This document shows positions 44,894 through 59,560 of a stretch of 64,000 bases of DNA, piece after piece. Below the pieces are notes generated by a model. It was not told the origin of the DNA. It saw only the letters and a program-made list of their open reading frames with translations, and did not search any database. Made by a program: the position numbers and the translations under genes. This DNA is from the human T2T-CHM13v2.0 reference genome, Homo sapiens: NCBI RefSeq assembly GCF_009914755.1, contig NC_060925.1, one strand, 5' to 3'. Position 1 is the stretch's first letter, and each line of letters starts with the position of its first letter.

Positions 44894-45016
44894 GGCTGAG
44901 GCAGGAGAACTGCTTGAACCCAGGAGGAGGATGTTGCAGTGAGCCGAAATTGCACCATTGAACTCCAGCCTGGGTGATAGAGCAAGGCTCCATCTCAAAA
45001 AAAAAAAAAAAAAAAA
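44894..45016 (+). mobile_element. Alu right-arm fragment
   Basis: ggctgaggcaggagaactgcttgaacc ... A tail. Confidence 0.85.
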
Positions 45017-46467
45017 CAGCAAAAAGAAACTAATTAGGTTCAAGAAGTTTGAATGAATTCAACTTAAACAAGCTCTTAAGCAGACATGTTGGAAGTTCCA
45101 GAAAAGACAGTTTGGGAAAATATTTTATTAAAAAAAAAAAAAAAGACTGTCCTCCACTTCCTCACTCTTTCTTCCCACTTATTTTCACTCCACTGGTGCA
45201 GTTTGGTGTCAACTCTCCTCACTCTACTGAAACTGCTGCAGCCGAGGTTACTAGTTATTTAATTAACAAAAGCAATAGATTTTGTTTTTTTTAATTGCAT
45301 TATACTCTACTATTTTTTGACATTTAAACTATTGACAATGTCTTTCTTGAAAATGTGTCCTTTTTGTTTTTTTCAAAACACGACTTTCTCCTTGATGTCC
45401 TCCTTTTTCTCTCATTATTTCACCTTTACATTCTCTGCTGACACCTTTCACCTTACCAAACCTTAATTAAATGTGTATGCTTCCCAGTCTCCCGTTCTTG
45501 GCTCTCTTCCCTTCCCTCTTATTGATCATTATTGTATTCTGTGATCTCACCAATTCTCTTGGCTTTAACAATAACCAGATGACTCCAGAAAACTATTCAA
45601 AATTCCGGACCTATGGAGACTTTGCACCCAGATATGTACCAACAACTCAACCTCAGTTATCTCTAATATTATCTCATTAAGTGCCCTCTAACTACAGAAT
45701 GACTCCTCCTTCTGGGTTTCCTCTGCCTGAATGGCACCACCATTCAGTGGCCCACGACAAATGTGGACCTCATTTGGAACTTCTCCCTTTCCCTCATGTT
45801 TCATTTTCTCTTGGCTAAAGAGTTATTAGATTCTTCATTTTTAGCTTTTCTCTAGCCTATCTTCAATTTTATAGTGGACAGTTATGTATACCCTATATCC
45901 CAGGAGAGAAGGGATATCTTCTTCTATGCCCCTACTATGAACTAGCATATCCTTTGAGTCCTTTCTTTGTATGAAGCACTGGGGAAATTTAATCAACTTC
46001 ATAATCACTTATAATCCTCACAGTAATTTTATGAGATAAGTTCTATTTATTATCCCTACCTTAAGGATGAGGAGACTGTGGTTTAAAGAGCTTAAGTAAT
46101 TTGGGCAAATCATAAAAGAAGCAGTGAAGACAGAATTCAAATCTAGGCAACCTGAAATCTGAGCCTGAGCACTTTGCCTCCCTAATAACTATCTCCCTTT
46201 GAGAGTTGTATTACAAAGTTGACAACATTTAGCAACCCTTATTCCCCTCCCCACCCCTATCTCTCTCCAAGAAATCTGCTGTGAGGTAGAGAATGTGTTG
46301 ATTTTCTCTGCAGTTTTTAGTGCATAGCATAGGGCTTAGAAAGGAGAAAATGATGAAAAATATTTATTAAAATAATTGTTTTTCTTTGATAGTTGTTATA
46401 ACCATCTAATTGTGAGTGCTTAACAATTACTATAAAGGAGAATGGAAATCACAGATCTTTTCACAGA

Positions 46468-46765
46468 ATTTTTTTTTTTTTTTTTTTTTGAGTCAGAGTC
46501 CAGCTTGTCACCCAGGCTGGAGTGCAGTGGTGTGATCTCAGCTCACTGCAACCTCCACCTCCTGGGTTTAATCACTTGCCTTGGCCTCCTGAGTAGCTGA
46601 GATTACAGGCGTGCACCCCCACGCCTGGCTAATTTTTGTATTTTTGGTAGAGATGGGGTTTCACCACATTGGCCAGGCTGGTCTCAAACTCCTGACCTCC
46701 AGTGATCCACCCATCTCAGACTCCCAAAGAGCTGGGATTATAGGCTTGAACCACTGTGCTGGGCC
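46468..46765 (-). mobile_element. Alu (AluSx-like)
   Basis: T tail and full reverse dimer. Confidence 0.9.
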
Positions 46766-47464
46766 TTTCTTAGAGAATTTATAGTTTACCTGGAAATGTA
46801 AACCATATGTACTTAAACTGAGGGATATTTACAAAAGAGCTTTCTACTTAACCCACAAGAAGCTATATTAATAACAAAGCAAATCAAGCTTGTTCACAGG
46901 CAACTGAATGGAATGAATGGTTTTGATTGGTCTTGCCAGTTATATTTCTAACAAGAGAAAATTCAATGTGAGCCTCATTTGGAAACAAGATATTACAGAG
47001 AGGAAAATTTGGGATTAAGGTCAGATTTGGTGCAACTATGCTAGATACAGAAAAGGCAAACTTTCAGCTCAATCCCCAGCTAAGTACAAGTTCAATGGTG
47101 AAGGCATAAGAAAATGAGCCATTATAATAAGTCTGAAATAAGTTTATGATTCCACCTCAATATGGGCATGCAATATATTCTAACATTTAATCCCTGGAAA
47201 AAATGATGACATCACACTGAAATCTTGACTCATAAGAGAACTTTTTTATGCTGTTCCCTAAGTCAGTTTATTTCTACTTCATTCTTGTGTTAAGGGTAGG
47301 CTCAATTCTTACTCATTCAAAAACGGTATCACCTGAAGCTTTTCTTTAATTCTTGTTTTCTCTGCAGTGAGAAAATTAATCAAGGGGTTAAAATGTATAT
47401 TAAATTATATATGTATTATATATAAAAGTTATATAATATAGATCAGAGAAGAATATATTGCATA

Positions 47465-47869
47465 TGTTATAGGCTGAATTGTGTCCTTTCCCCAAATTAA
47501 TATGCTGTACCCTGCCCCCTGCCATCCCAGTATATCAGAAGGTGGCTATATTTGGAGATAGAGACTTTTAAGAGGTAACTAATGTAAAATGAGGTCACAT
47601 GTCTGGGTCCTAATCCAATATCACTGGTGTCCTTATTTGAAGAGGAAATTTAGGTACAGACATACATGTGCACAGAAAAAAGTCCATGAGAAGACAAGAT
47701 GAGAAAATGACTATCTAAAAGCCAAGGAGAGAAATTTCAGAATAAAATTAACATATCTGATGCCTTGACCTCACACTTCTAGCCTCCAGAACTGTGAGAA
47801 AATAAATTTCTGTTGTTTAACTCATCCAGTCTGCAGTAATTGTTATAACAACCCTAGCAAAGTAATATA
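47465..47869 (+). mobile_element. MaLR LTR (MLT1B/C-like)
   Basis: tgttataggctgaattgtgtcc ... ctagcctccagaactgtgagaaaataaatttctgttg. Confidence 0.8.
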
Positions 47870-47874
47870 GGAAG

Positions 47875-47918
47875 TATATATATATATATACACACATACA
47901 TATATATACACACATATT

Positions 47919-47961
<43 letters not shown>

Positions 47962-47980
47962 GATAGAGTAGATAGATAGA
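47875..47980. repeat. Compound (TA)n/(TG)n microsatellite
   Basis: Read directly. Confidence 0.9.
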
Positions 47981-47988
47981 GACATATA

Positions 47989-48224
47989 CAGTCATCCCTC
48001 AGTATTAGTGGGGTATTGCATTCAGGAGCCCTGCATATACCGAAGTCTGCACATACTCAGGTCCCACAGTCAACCTTGCAGAGCTCGCATATGAAAAGTT
48101 GGCCCTCCACATATGTGGGTTTCACGTCCCACAAATACTATATTTTCAATCTGTATTTGGCTGAAAAAATCCACCTATAAGTGGACTCACACAGTTTAAA
48201 CCAGTGTTATTCAAACGTCAAATG
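47989..48224. mobile_element. MER2-like TcMar-Tigger element
   Basis: cagtcatccctcagtat...aaaagttggccctcc...gttattcaaacgtcaa. Confidence 0.65.
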
Positions 48225-48562
48225 TTGATATATAGATGTATAAATATCTCATATGTATAGAGCAAGTGGGAGAAAAAATCTCTAATCTCTCTTCCTTCCT
48301 GCTCTTTTTGGATTGCAAACTCTTCTCTCATAAGTACAAAAAGTAATGTTAACAAAGTAAAGAGAATTGGAAATAGTAGTGTTTTTGACCACTAGTGTTT
48401 TGTAATTTTAGAAAAAAAAATTACTGAAATGTAACTTTTTATTTATATTGAGATGTTTTGACTCATACTCCAATCATACAGAACTAATAGATAAAATATG
48501 AAAAAGACTTCTTTTTACATACATAGCTGGATTAAAATATTAGAAATAATTTTCTTCCCTCA

Positions 48563-49820
48563 AAGGATCCCCTATTTAATAAACGGTGCTGGGAAAACTG
48601 GCTAGCCATATGTAGAAAGCTGAAACTGGATCCCTTTCTTACACCATACACAAAAATTAACTCAAGATGGATTAAAGACTTAAATGAAAGACCTAACACC
48701 ATAAAAAACCCTAGAAGAAAACCTAGGCAATACCATTCAAGACATAGGCACGGGCAAAGACTTCATGACCAGAACACCAAAAGCAATGGCAACAAAAGCT
48801 AAAATAGACAAATGCAATCTAATTAAACTAAAGAGCTTCTGCACAGCAAAAGAAACTCTCATCAGAGTGAACGGGCAATCTAAAAAATAGGAGAAAAGTT
48901 TTGCAATATACCCGTCTAACAAAGGGCTAATATCCAGAATCTACAAAGAACTTCAACAAATTTACAAGAAAAAAACAACCCCATCAAAAAGTGGGCAAAG
49001 AATATGAACAGACACTTCTCAAAAGAAGACATTTATGCAGCCAACAGACACATAAAAAATGCTCATCATCTCTGGTCATCAGAGAAATGCATATCAAAAC
49101 CACAATGAGATACCATCACATGCCAGTTAGAATGATGATCATTAAAAAGTCAGGAAACAACAGAAACTGGAGAGGATGTGGAGAAATAGGAATGCTTTTA
49201 CACTGCTGGTGGGAGCGTAAATTAGTTCAACCATTGTGGAAAGCAGTGTGGCGATTCCTCAAGGATCTAGAACTAGAAATACCATTTGACCCAGCGATCC
49301 CATTACTGGGTGTATACCCAAAGGATTATACATCATGCTACTATAAAGATGTATACATGCACACGTATGTTAATTGTGGTGCTATTCACAATAGCAAAGA
49401 CTTGGAACCAACCCAAATGTCCATCAGTGATAGACTGGATTAAAAAAATGTGGCACATATGTGCCATGGAATACTATGAAGCCATAAAAAAGGATAAGTT
49501 CATGTCCTTTGCAAGGACATGGATGAAGCTGGAAACCATCATTCTCAGCAAACTATCACAAGGACAGAAAACCAAACACCGCATGTTCTCACTCACAGAT
49601 GGGAGTTGAACGATGAGAATGCATGGACACAGGGTGGGGAACATCACACACTGGGGCCTGTCAGGGGGTGGGGGGCTGGGGGACAGATAGCATTAGGAGA
49701 AATACCTAATGTAAATGACAAGTTGATGGGTACAGCAAACCAACATGGCACATGTATACCTATGTAACAAACCTGCATGTGATGCACACGTACCCTAGAA
49801 CTTAAGATTAAAAAAAAAAA
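48563..49820 (+). mobile_element. L1PA 3' fragment, 5'-truncated
   Basis: ORF2 C-terminal peptides, 3'UTR, A tail; TSD tttcttccctca at 48551-48562 and 49821-49832. Confidence 0.95.
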
Positions 49821-50874
49821 TTTCTTCCCTCATGAGGTACAAAGCCAAGCATTACACTGGGGCCATGATAGTCCAGGTTGCTGAAAGATTTAGATCTAAA
49901 GACTGAAAATTGGGATATATATTGAGAGAGAGAGAGAGAGAGAGAGAACAAATGGTAACCTAAATTTAATAAAATAATAATAGACAAATTAGGGTAACAG
50001 GCATATGAGTATTTTTTGTTCTAACAATTCTTTTATTTTCAAACTTATCTATAATCTTACATTTATTTCCCAATAAAAAGGATTTTAAGTTAAAAAAAGA
50101 AAGTTTTTCTGTAGTAACATTTTCACAACTAGGGCCTTTAAGACTGAGGAAATACTCCAAGCTCTGAGCAAACTCAGTAAGTATAAATCCATATGTAGAC
50201 ATACCACAGTAAAATGCAAGATACTAAAGACTAATACAATATTTTCAAATCAACCAGAGATGGAAGGCAGATTACCTGCAAAGGAAGGACAATTACTTTA
50301 TCACAGACTTCTCTTCATCAACGAGAACAGACAATACAGGAATAACATCTCCCAAGTTGTGAGGGAGACTAACAGATGACATGAAATTCTACGACCAAAT
50401 AAAGCATAATTCAATGGGCAGCAGTTAACAGAATTAAGCTGTTTCCAGACATCTATGGAGAGATTTAACTCAAAGATGTCACTGTAAATTTGATTGTTGA
50501 GATGTAGTAATGCATACTTGGCAAGGTTATTGAATTAGTTAAACGATCTTCAAAGCTTAGGTCATGTATCTTCATTAAACACATGGTGCTTTGCATTTAC
50601 TAAAGAAGGGCTTCCGTTTTCTCTCCAAATAAATCATTGCGACCTTAGCACCCCAAGTGTAAAAACCTCTTTTATTTCTATTCTTGATCTCTAGTCCCTG
50701 CTTATGTGTATGCATAAATGCATGACACCGTGCTTCTCTTTTAGTTATTTATTTCTAGAGATCATGTCTTTGAAAATCATTATATTCCCAACAACTATTT
50801 AGAGTGGTACTAAGCTAACTTGGTTTATGGTGTCAACCGCATAGCAGTTATTTGATTGGCCCATTCCTTTATAA

Positions 50875-51257
<383 letters not shown>

Positions 51258-51633
51258 TACATATGTTACTATTAACTCCTCCTTCTGCTAAGAAATAAAC
51301 CAAAATAAAATTATTCACAAATATAACTGTTTTGATCATGCTTTCAGATGATATGTAAAGTAGCCCACAGAAGGTAAATAATATTCAGGGGAAATAAATT
51401 ATTACTTAAGAGTGGGTGCTGAGAAAAAGAAATGTGTGAGGTGTGAGGTAGGAAGTATGTGAGAAAAGCTAGGGCACAGTTGTGTCTTATATTTTTGTTA
51501 AAATCTGCCTGTTAAGACTTCCTGATTGGGTAATGGGAATGATACAGTAAAATACTCTTCCTCAGAGTGTCTGACACCATTGTGATAATTTACTACATAA
51601 AAGTACAAGTTACATTATATAAAAAGACAGAAT

Positions 51634-52030
<397 letters not shown>

Positions 52031-52148
52031 TCAAAGTATTTAGGCTAGATTTTTAAAAAAGTTTGCATGGTACAGAGATTTTGCTTTAAACTGTTGTCAG
52101 TGCTATTACTTTACAGACAACTTTGTCTTGCTTTTTATGTCTCACCAG

Positions 52149-52309
52149 CTACATTATTGAGCAGGGGGTGTGTGATTTGGTTTTATGTGAAGCTGCCTTC
52201 CCTAAGAAGTTGGCTTTTGCCTACCTAGAAGATTTGCACTCAGAATTTGATGAACAGCATGGAAAGAAGGTGCCCACTGTGTCCCAACCCTATTCCTTTA
52301 TTGAATTTG
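52149..52309 (+). pseudogene. SEC22B4P: SEC22B exon 3 copy (longin C-terminal part), 161 bp
   Basis: ctcaccag|CTACATTATT...GAATTTG|gtaagt; [53 protein letters not shown]. Confidence 0.92.
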
Positions 52310-53207
52310 GTAAGTTTTTGCCCCTCACTTCTCTCTATCAAGGGAGCAAACAATATGGAGAAGCTATTTGTTACACTGATATAATATTTATACATTTTTT
52401 CTGATGTTTACTTGCTGAAGTTTTAGCTTCTGCTTCCTTTTCCATTCCACTTCTTTTTGTCTTTTTGAGTGACTAAGGCTTTGTTCTGAAAAGTAATTTT
52501 CTCTAGTCTTTTGATCTTTCCCCCATAGAAATTGTTGCCTTTTGCCCTTTCTGTTATTTGGTTTGATTCTTCTTTAGAGTCACATGTGACAGGAACTTTG
52601 CTAAAGATCTACTTGATTGGCATATAATGGCTGAGTTCTTCTTTACCCCAGTCCACAGACTCACACTCACAATAAGGCTCATTTTATGGAGATCAGAATT
52701 GGGAAATCAGAAAGAATGATGTTTTGTTTCTTTTAGTAGAATAAGATCCTCTAATTAAAAAAACAAAACAGAACAAAGAAATAGAAGATACCTGGTACTC
52801 ATGGTATTGGGGTATAATATTTACTACATTCAGGAATAGTGAGCATAGGTGTCTGTATTTGTACAAGAATTATAGAAAGACTAATTACTAATCAGACCTG
52901 GTAAAGTATCTGATGGTAAGGGATCAAAGGAAATGTCCTAAGTACAGTAAGTACAGGGAGTGAGAACAAGTAGGATCAGGCTATATCGCTGAAATTTTTA
53001 GTTAAAAGAGAAATTGGTTTTACTGGCTTAGAATTTTTGAAGTGTTTCAAGTTTGCTAGATAAATGGGTCATCTTGCTTTGGAAAAACACTCTAGTGTTT
53101 CATAACTATATACTCTCCAAGTGCTGCTTTATATAATGTCCAGTTTTTCAAATTTTATTTTTATAGACAGTAATACTCCCATAAACCTCCCTCAAAAATA
53201 AGACAAA

Positions 53208-53690
53208 TGTATCAGGGTCATACAGGAAACAGATGGCACACCCAAATTAGCTTAAGGGATTATATACAAAGATATGACTAGGCTGTAGGAGAATTACAAG
53301 GTACAGTAACCTCTGACCAGTAGCATACTGGTTGTTACCATCCCTAGGCCTGAATGTATAAGGGGGAGGAGCAGTTTCTGAAACTGAAAAGGAGAAAATT
53401 TCTAGAGAAGGCCAACTTGAGAGGAGCGTAACTTTTGGTAGAGGGATACTTCCAGAAGAAGGTTATTTCCTTCTCTGAAAGAAGCCAGGGGAACAAATAC
53501 CCGGACATCACTCACTGTCTGTTCTCCTTCTTCCCTACTGTTGGGGCTTCTTCATTGCCTGAACCTAACTGGCACAGAGCAAGGAGTCTATTGAGGCGCT
53601 TCATCCAAGTCAGCTTCCCAGTGCAGAAAGCAAGGTGCAGGAGGGCAGAGAGGAGATCTAAAGAGGCAAATGAAAGGGGTACAGCACACT
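53208..53690. mobile_element. Old MaLR (MLT1-type) LTR
   Basis: tgtatcagggtcatacaggaaacagatggcacaccc start; by-eye similarity only. Confidence 0.45.
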
Positions 53691-53795
53691 TAAATTAAGA
53701 TTTTTGCCAAAAGTTGAAAATATCTTTAATAATAAGTCGTTCTTCCTATAGTTTTGAGAAATACTGATATGAGCAAAAGATGGATGAGACTTCAG

Positions 53796-54109
53796 TTTTT
53801 ATTTATTTATTTATTTACTTAGAGACAGAGTCTCGCTCTATTGCCCAGGCTGGGGTGCAGTGGCATGATTTTGGCTAACTGCAACCTCTGCCTCCTAGGT
53901 TCAAGTGATTCTTGTGCCTCAGCTTCCTGAATAGCTGGGACTAGAGGTGCACGCTGCCATGACCAGCTAGCTAATTTCGGTATTTTTGGTAGAGATGGGA
54001 ATTTTGCCTTGTTGGCCAGGCTGGTCTCGAATTCCTGGCCTCAAGTGATCCACCCATCTTGGCCTCCCAAAATGCTGGGATTTATACGTGTGAGACACAG
54101 TGCCTGGCC
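53796..54109 (-). mobile_element. Alu (AluS/J)
   Basis: (TTTA)n tail; TSD gagacttcagtt. Confidence 0.9.
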
Positions 54110-54606
54110 GAGACTTCAGTTCAGTTTTATATTGGTATTTTGGAAAACTCCCTATTACATACTTGCTTTACCTGAGGTTTAAGAATGGAATGAAACTGGG
54201 AATGTATATTAGAGAAAATAAGGTTAAGTTTCTCAGCTTTTTAATGATCATGAGCCCTTTTGCCATGTTAGGCTGTAATAATGCTAGAGTGTTACCAGCA
54301 TCCTTTTAAGGAATGTGTAGAGGTAAGTAACACTTAGCCTAAGGGTCCTCAGAATACTGTTTGAAAATTTCTGTTTTCAGGAAAGGCTTACTATAGTGGG
54401 TCTTAATTTCTCTAAGGATTCTGATAGCAGCCTTAGATAGCAAATACTTCTAATTTAAAGGTATTCAAAGGACATTTCTCCTGAATGGTCGTCTAATTAT
54501 ACCTTTACATCTTACAAATGAAATAATCAAAGCCTAGATTTTGATATTCAACCAAGAGTTTGGTTAACCATGGACAGTGGCAAATCCAGGAATAAAGTCA
54601 GAACTG

Positions 54607-54912
54607 TTTTGGTTTTTTTGTTTTTGTTTTTGAGACAGAGTCTTGCTCTGTCACCCAGGCTAAAGTGTGGTGGTGTGATCTCAGCTCACTGCAACCTCTG
54701 CCTCCCAAGTTCAAGTGATTCTCCTGGCTCAGCCTCCTGAGTAGCTGGGATTATAGGCGTGTGCCGCCACGCCTGGCTAACTTTTTATATTTTTAGTAGA
54801 GACGGGGTTTCACTGTGTTAGCCAGGATGGTCTCGATTTCCTGACCTCATGATTCACCTGCCTTGGCCTCCCAAAGTGCTGGGATTACAGGTGTGAGCCA
54901 CTGCACCTGGCC
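54607..54912 (-). mobile_element. Alu (AluS)
   Basis: Full reverse dimer; tcagaact on both sides. Confidence 0.9.
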
Positions 54913-54989
54913 AACTCAGAACTTTTAATTTCCTACCTCAGTACTTTGATGGCCATGAAAGAAATGGTCAGTTTTCTTCATCATTCTAG

Positions 54990-55136
54990 ATACTTTCATT
55001 CAGAAAACCAAGAAGCTCTACATTGACAGTTGTGCTTGAAGAAACCTAGGCTCCATCAACACTGAATTGCAAGATGTGCAGAGGATCATGGTGGCCAATA
55101 TCGAAGAAGTGTTACAACGAGGAGAAGCACTCTCAG
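54990..55136 (+). pseudogene. SEC22B4P: SEC22B exon 4 copy, 147 bp, with premature TGA at 55037-55039
   Basis: cattctag|ATACTTTC...CTCTCAG|gtatct; [48 protein letters not shown]. Confidence 0.92.
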
Positions 55137-56087
55137 GTATCTAAAAGCAATGAGTCTTATGAAGAAATGGTTCTCATTCCATAGACAAGGATAGCTTATT
55201 TTGCAGTGCCTTTTATGCTATTAGATTCTACCTAGAACTGTTAAGAATTTATCTCCCAGAAGTACATTACATTACAATGCTTCCAATATATTTTTTTTCC
55301 TAGCATGATTAGTTTTTATTGAGTTGGAACAGTGTAAAGGACTCATCCATATTAGAAGCAATGATTATTTCTAAGATATTCACAAAATTAATTAAATTAT
55401 GTAACTTGTATAAATTAAGGGAAATGAGTGAGAGAAAACTCAACAATGTATTGCAGTGGTTTTTTGAGTAGCCTCTTTGGGAGACTTTACTGCTGCCAGA
55501 TCAATCTTTATAAAATGCCATTTTCATCAAGGCATTCCTCTCTGAAAAACTTTTAAATCTGGGACTACAAGATAAGATCCAGTCTGACTTATTTTTCCGT
55601 CAGTCAGCCATTGTTATTGAGAGCTTGTTATTTGTAAGGCGTTGTGCTCTACATATGGAAAATAAGGAAGATGCAAATGTCTGTCATTCTCTAGTTCACA
55701 AACATTCTTCTGTAGCCACACCAGCTTCTTTACTATCCTTAGTGGTCTATTCTGCCTTATGCTGGACCTGTTCTGTATGTAAGACCTCCATAAGAACTGT
55801 CTCTTTAAAGAACCTTTCTCTGATCCTTATAGCCTGTATCACACTAATCTCTTCTGTCCTTTAAACTCCTAAAGCACTTAGTAACATAATGGTTTTAGCA
55901 CATATTACATGTATGCGTGTTTACCTAATTTACCTTAAATATATTTATTAAATACCTCTTACCATATTAAATATATATTTAATATATATTAAATATATAT
56001 TAATATATATTAAATATATTTCCATATAACATAAGTATATGTTTCATATATTTATATTAAAGTAGGCAAACATATTTGGATAATTAA

Positions 56088-56408
<321 letters not shown>

Positions 56409-57934
56409 TAATTTTAAAAGTGTAGGTAATTAGGTAAAATTAGGTTAAAAGTATATGTATATTTACCTGATATTTCAATATTACCTAAGTGTTTAATGTG
56501 GACATGTAAGCTCTTTAAAGATAGTGCTTATGTATTTTATATCTGTTTCACATACTCCTTATATATCCCCCACAGAAATGGTCACAAATAGTTTCCTTAA
56601 TAAGTATTTTTGAATTCAGCCATGCTATATATTCATTAGTAAGTGAGTTTTCTTTTATTATGAACTACAAACTTTAACCTTTTTTTGAGTAGTGAGCAGT
56701 TATTCATTTACCTTCACACTCTTTAAATACCAAATTTTGAGTGAGTGAGTGTGTAAGGTTTTGTCATACAGACTTGCAATTCCTATATGGGATAAAGTAG
56801 ACTAGCACAGGAATTTTTCTTGTATCACTCATGCAAGACTCTAAATTCCTTAAAGGCAGGGATCATGTATATTGTGATCACTGTTGTATCCTCAGCACTT
56901 CACATGGTGCCTGTCACATAAATATTTGTTAAATGACTTCTCCAAGCAATAGCTTTGTCTTTATGTTATCCTGTATTTCAAAACGTTCATATATAAATTC
57001 TCTCAACTATGACTTGTTTCATAGGGTCTAATAATTGTTCCTCTGCTGAGTTATTCTCAGCAGATTTAGATTCATTTAGCAAATGTTTATTGAGCACTAA
57101 CTATATACCAGGCCCTGTTCTGGGCATTCAGGATATAGCAGCAAACACAATAATTTAAAGTCCCTGTCCAGTGAAGTGTATATTCTTGTAGGCTCTGTAA
57201 AAAGATGCCCTGTGCATTGTCATGGTTATTTCTCAGTCCCTGACTCTTCTTCCGTGACTAGATGTTTTTCTTACTCATGTGATCAGTTGCTAATTCAGAC
57301 GTGGCTGTCATGCCTGTGTTATTAAGTAACGCCATGTTTCCCAATCAAAACCAGTCTCTATTAAGCAACTCCAAATATTCCAAAAGCATTCTTTAAGGAA
57401 GAAACAACCGGATTGCAAAATAGTTTTTTCTGAAATTTCAAGAAGTGAAAAGTTTGATCAGAATTTATTATGTCAAATGGAGAGTTTGTGTTTATTATTA
57501 AAATATGCCCTATATTTTAATATGGTCTAGCTTGTGTCTATCTGGCTATTTCTCTAAGTGTTTAGTTAACTGTTATAAGAAGATAACAACATTACAAATG
57601 TCCTTGGGGGTGAAAAAACTTGCCAGAAAATACTAAAAAGCTTAATTTACTTGCGTTTTTTTTTGTAGTACTTATTGTATTTTAGTTACAACTTTCCTAT
57701 GTCTTTTGAAATATAAATCCTGATAGCTTTAACTTCATAGTAGTCTCTACTATGTGGAGAATCTTAGAAATGTTAGCAGTCATCATTGAAGTATAGCTTA
57801 AGACTGTGTTTGGTAAATTGAATTTTCTGGTTATCTGAGTTTGTTTTACATGGATTATCATTATCGTTTTTCAAAATATAAGAGAATATGATTCAGACCA
57901 TTAGAAGATTATGAAGATAATAATTATTAACATG

Positions 57935-58165
57935 TAATAATTATTATAATTTATCATGTGCAGGCATTGCTGCTCACTTTACAGGCAATCTCATGTACAT
58001 ACAACTTTATGACATAGTTACTGTTATTATCCCCAATTATAGATGAAGAAACTAGGTTTTAAATAGGTTACATGACTTGACCAATGTCACATAACTTGTA
58101 CAGGTGATATCTGAACCAAAGAGTCTGAGGCCAGAACCTGCACTTCTAACCACCTTACTATATAG
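57935..58165. mobile_element. MIR SINE
   Basis: ttattatccccaattatagatgaagaaactagg...tgacttgaccaatgtcaca core. Confidence 0.65.
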
Positions 58166-58362
58166 CCTCAAAAATTCAGACATAATCTGATCAGCATCAT
58201 CAGTTAATTAGTATATGCAATGTTAGCCTCAAAATAAAAATGATGATTTAAGATTCATGGTTGTTGCAGTGCTGCTCATTTTGGTTATTTTTAATGCCTT
58301 AATACTTTCGGTAAAATACTTCCAGGGACTAATTAATGTTTTCCTTTTTTCCTCTTTGACAG

Positions 58363-58517
58363 CATTGGATTCAAAGGCTAACAATTTGTCCAGTCTGTCC
58401 AAGAAATACCGCCAGGATGCGAAGTACTTGAACATGCGTTCCACTTACGCCAAACTTGCAGCAGTAGCTGTATTTTTCATCATGTTAATAGTGTATGTCC
58501 GATTCTGGTGGCTGTGA
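58363..58517 (+). pseudogene. SEC22B4P: SEC22B exon 5 coding part (SNARE C-half plus TM anchor), intact
   Basis: ctctttgacag|CATTGGATTC; [51 protein letters not shown]. Confidence 0.93.
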
Positions 58518-59560
58518 AATAATGAATACAGTCACTGGTAAGGGAGAACCTAGAACCCAGTAGGTGTATATTTTCAGGAAACTGAGCTCACAGAGATGTG
58601 TATTAGAATCCAAGTGGAACTTCTGCCTCTAAAGACCTTGCAAGAAAAGAGATGTCCTGAAAATGAAAGGTTGCACCTCATTTAATGAAGCTTAACCCTA
58701 TGTAGAAAGTCTCTTTCGGGGGCAGAGGCTTTCTCTGGGTGCCAAGCCATATATATTAGGGAATAGTAGATTGTTATTTCGTTTTTTCCCTCCCAGTGCA
58801 TTTTAAAAACAGCACTGGCTGGGGCATTCTCATTCTCTGATGGAGCCATCAATGAGATTTAACTTAGTCAACCTGTGCTAGCAACATTCTGAAATTCCTT
58901 CAAAGAAGGCAGTCCTTTGGGAAGGTGTTTTTTTTTTTTTTTTTTTTTGACTCTAATCAACATTCCTTTTGTTGGTGACATTTGTGATTTTCAGTAATCT
59001 GAGTTTTTGATGGCCTTTTAAACAAGACTCCAGTATGTGAAGGTTAATTGCTGTGCTCCACAGATCTTGTCTATTGGCCCCTGTAGAAAGTTAACCTTTG
59101 TTGTTTTCCTTTTATAATTTGCTTATTGCACAATTGCTTTAGGGTAAGTGAATTATATTAAGATGCCTTGAAATTATAGCACTCCTTGATTAAGAAGCTA
59201 AAATGTTTCTCTCATTTACTCCTTAAACAAAAGACTTAAATTAGTTTGGGTCATTATTACTTTTATTTTGCAGCATTTGGTTTGTTATTAGTGTAAGAGC
59301 AAGTATAGGATATGGAGAGGCCCCTGGCTTCATGAGAACAAAGGCAGGCCCAGGTTATAATTACAGCTTTCTCCTGCCCCTTCTTTACTTTCTCTACCAC
59401 AGTTTTCTCCACTGTTTGTTTTCCTCTTGCCACAATTTGCTAACACTTAAAAAATTTTCCTGCACCCAGTAGTTTCATATCCTGTAGACATCCTCTTAGG
59501 ACATTCTCAAATTTCAAAATAAAAAATGTTCATCTATGTAGTTAATTAAAGTTAAAGTTT
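58518..59560 (+). other. SEC22B-derived 3'UTR up to candidate proximal poly(A) signals
   Basis: Unique sequence after the stop; AATAAA 59518-59523, ATTAAA 59545-59550; a longer UTR may continue. Confidence 0.55.

Noticed and set aside
52123-52404. 93-aa single-exon ORF covering SEC22B exon 3
   Set aside because: TTG start and flanks are intronic read-through around the real 161-bp exon
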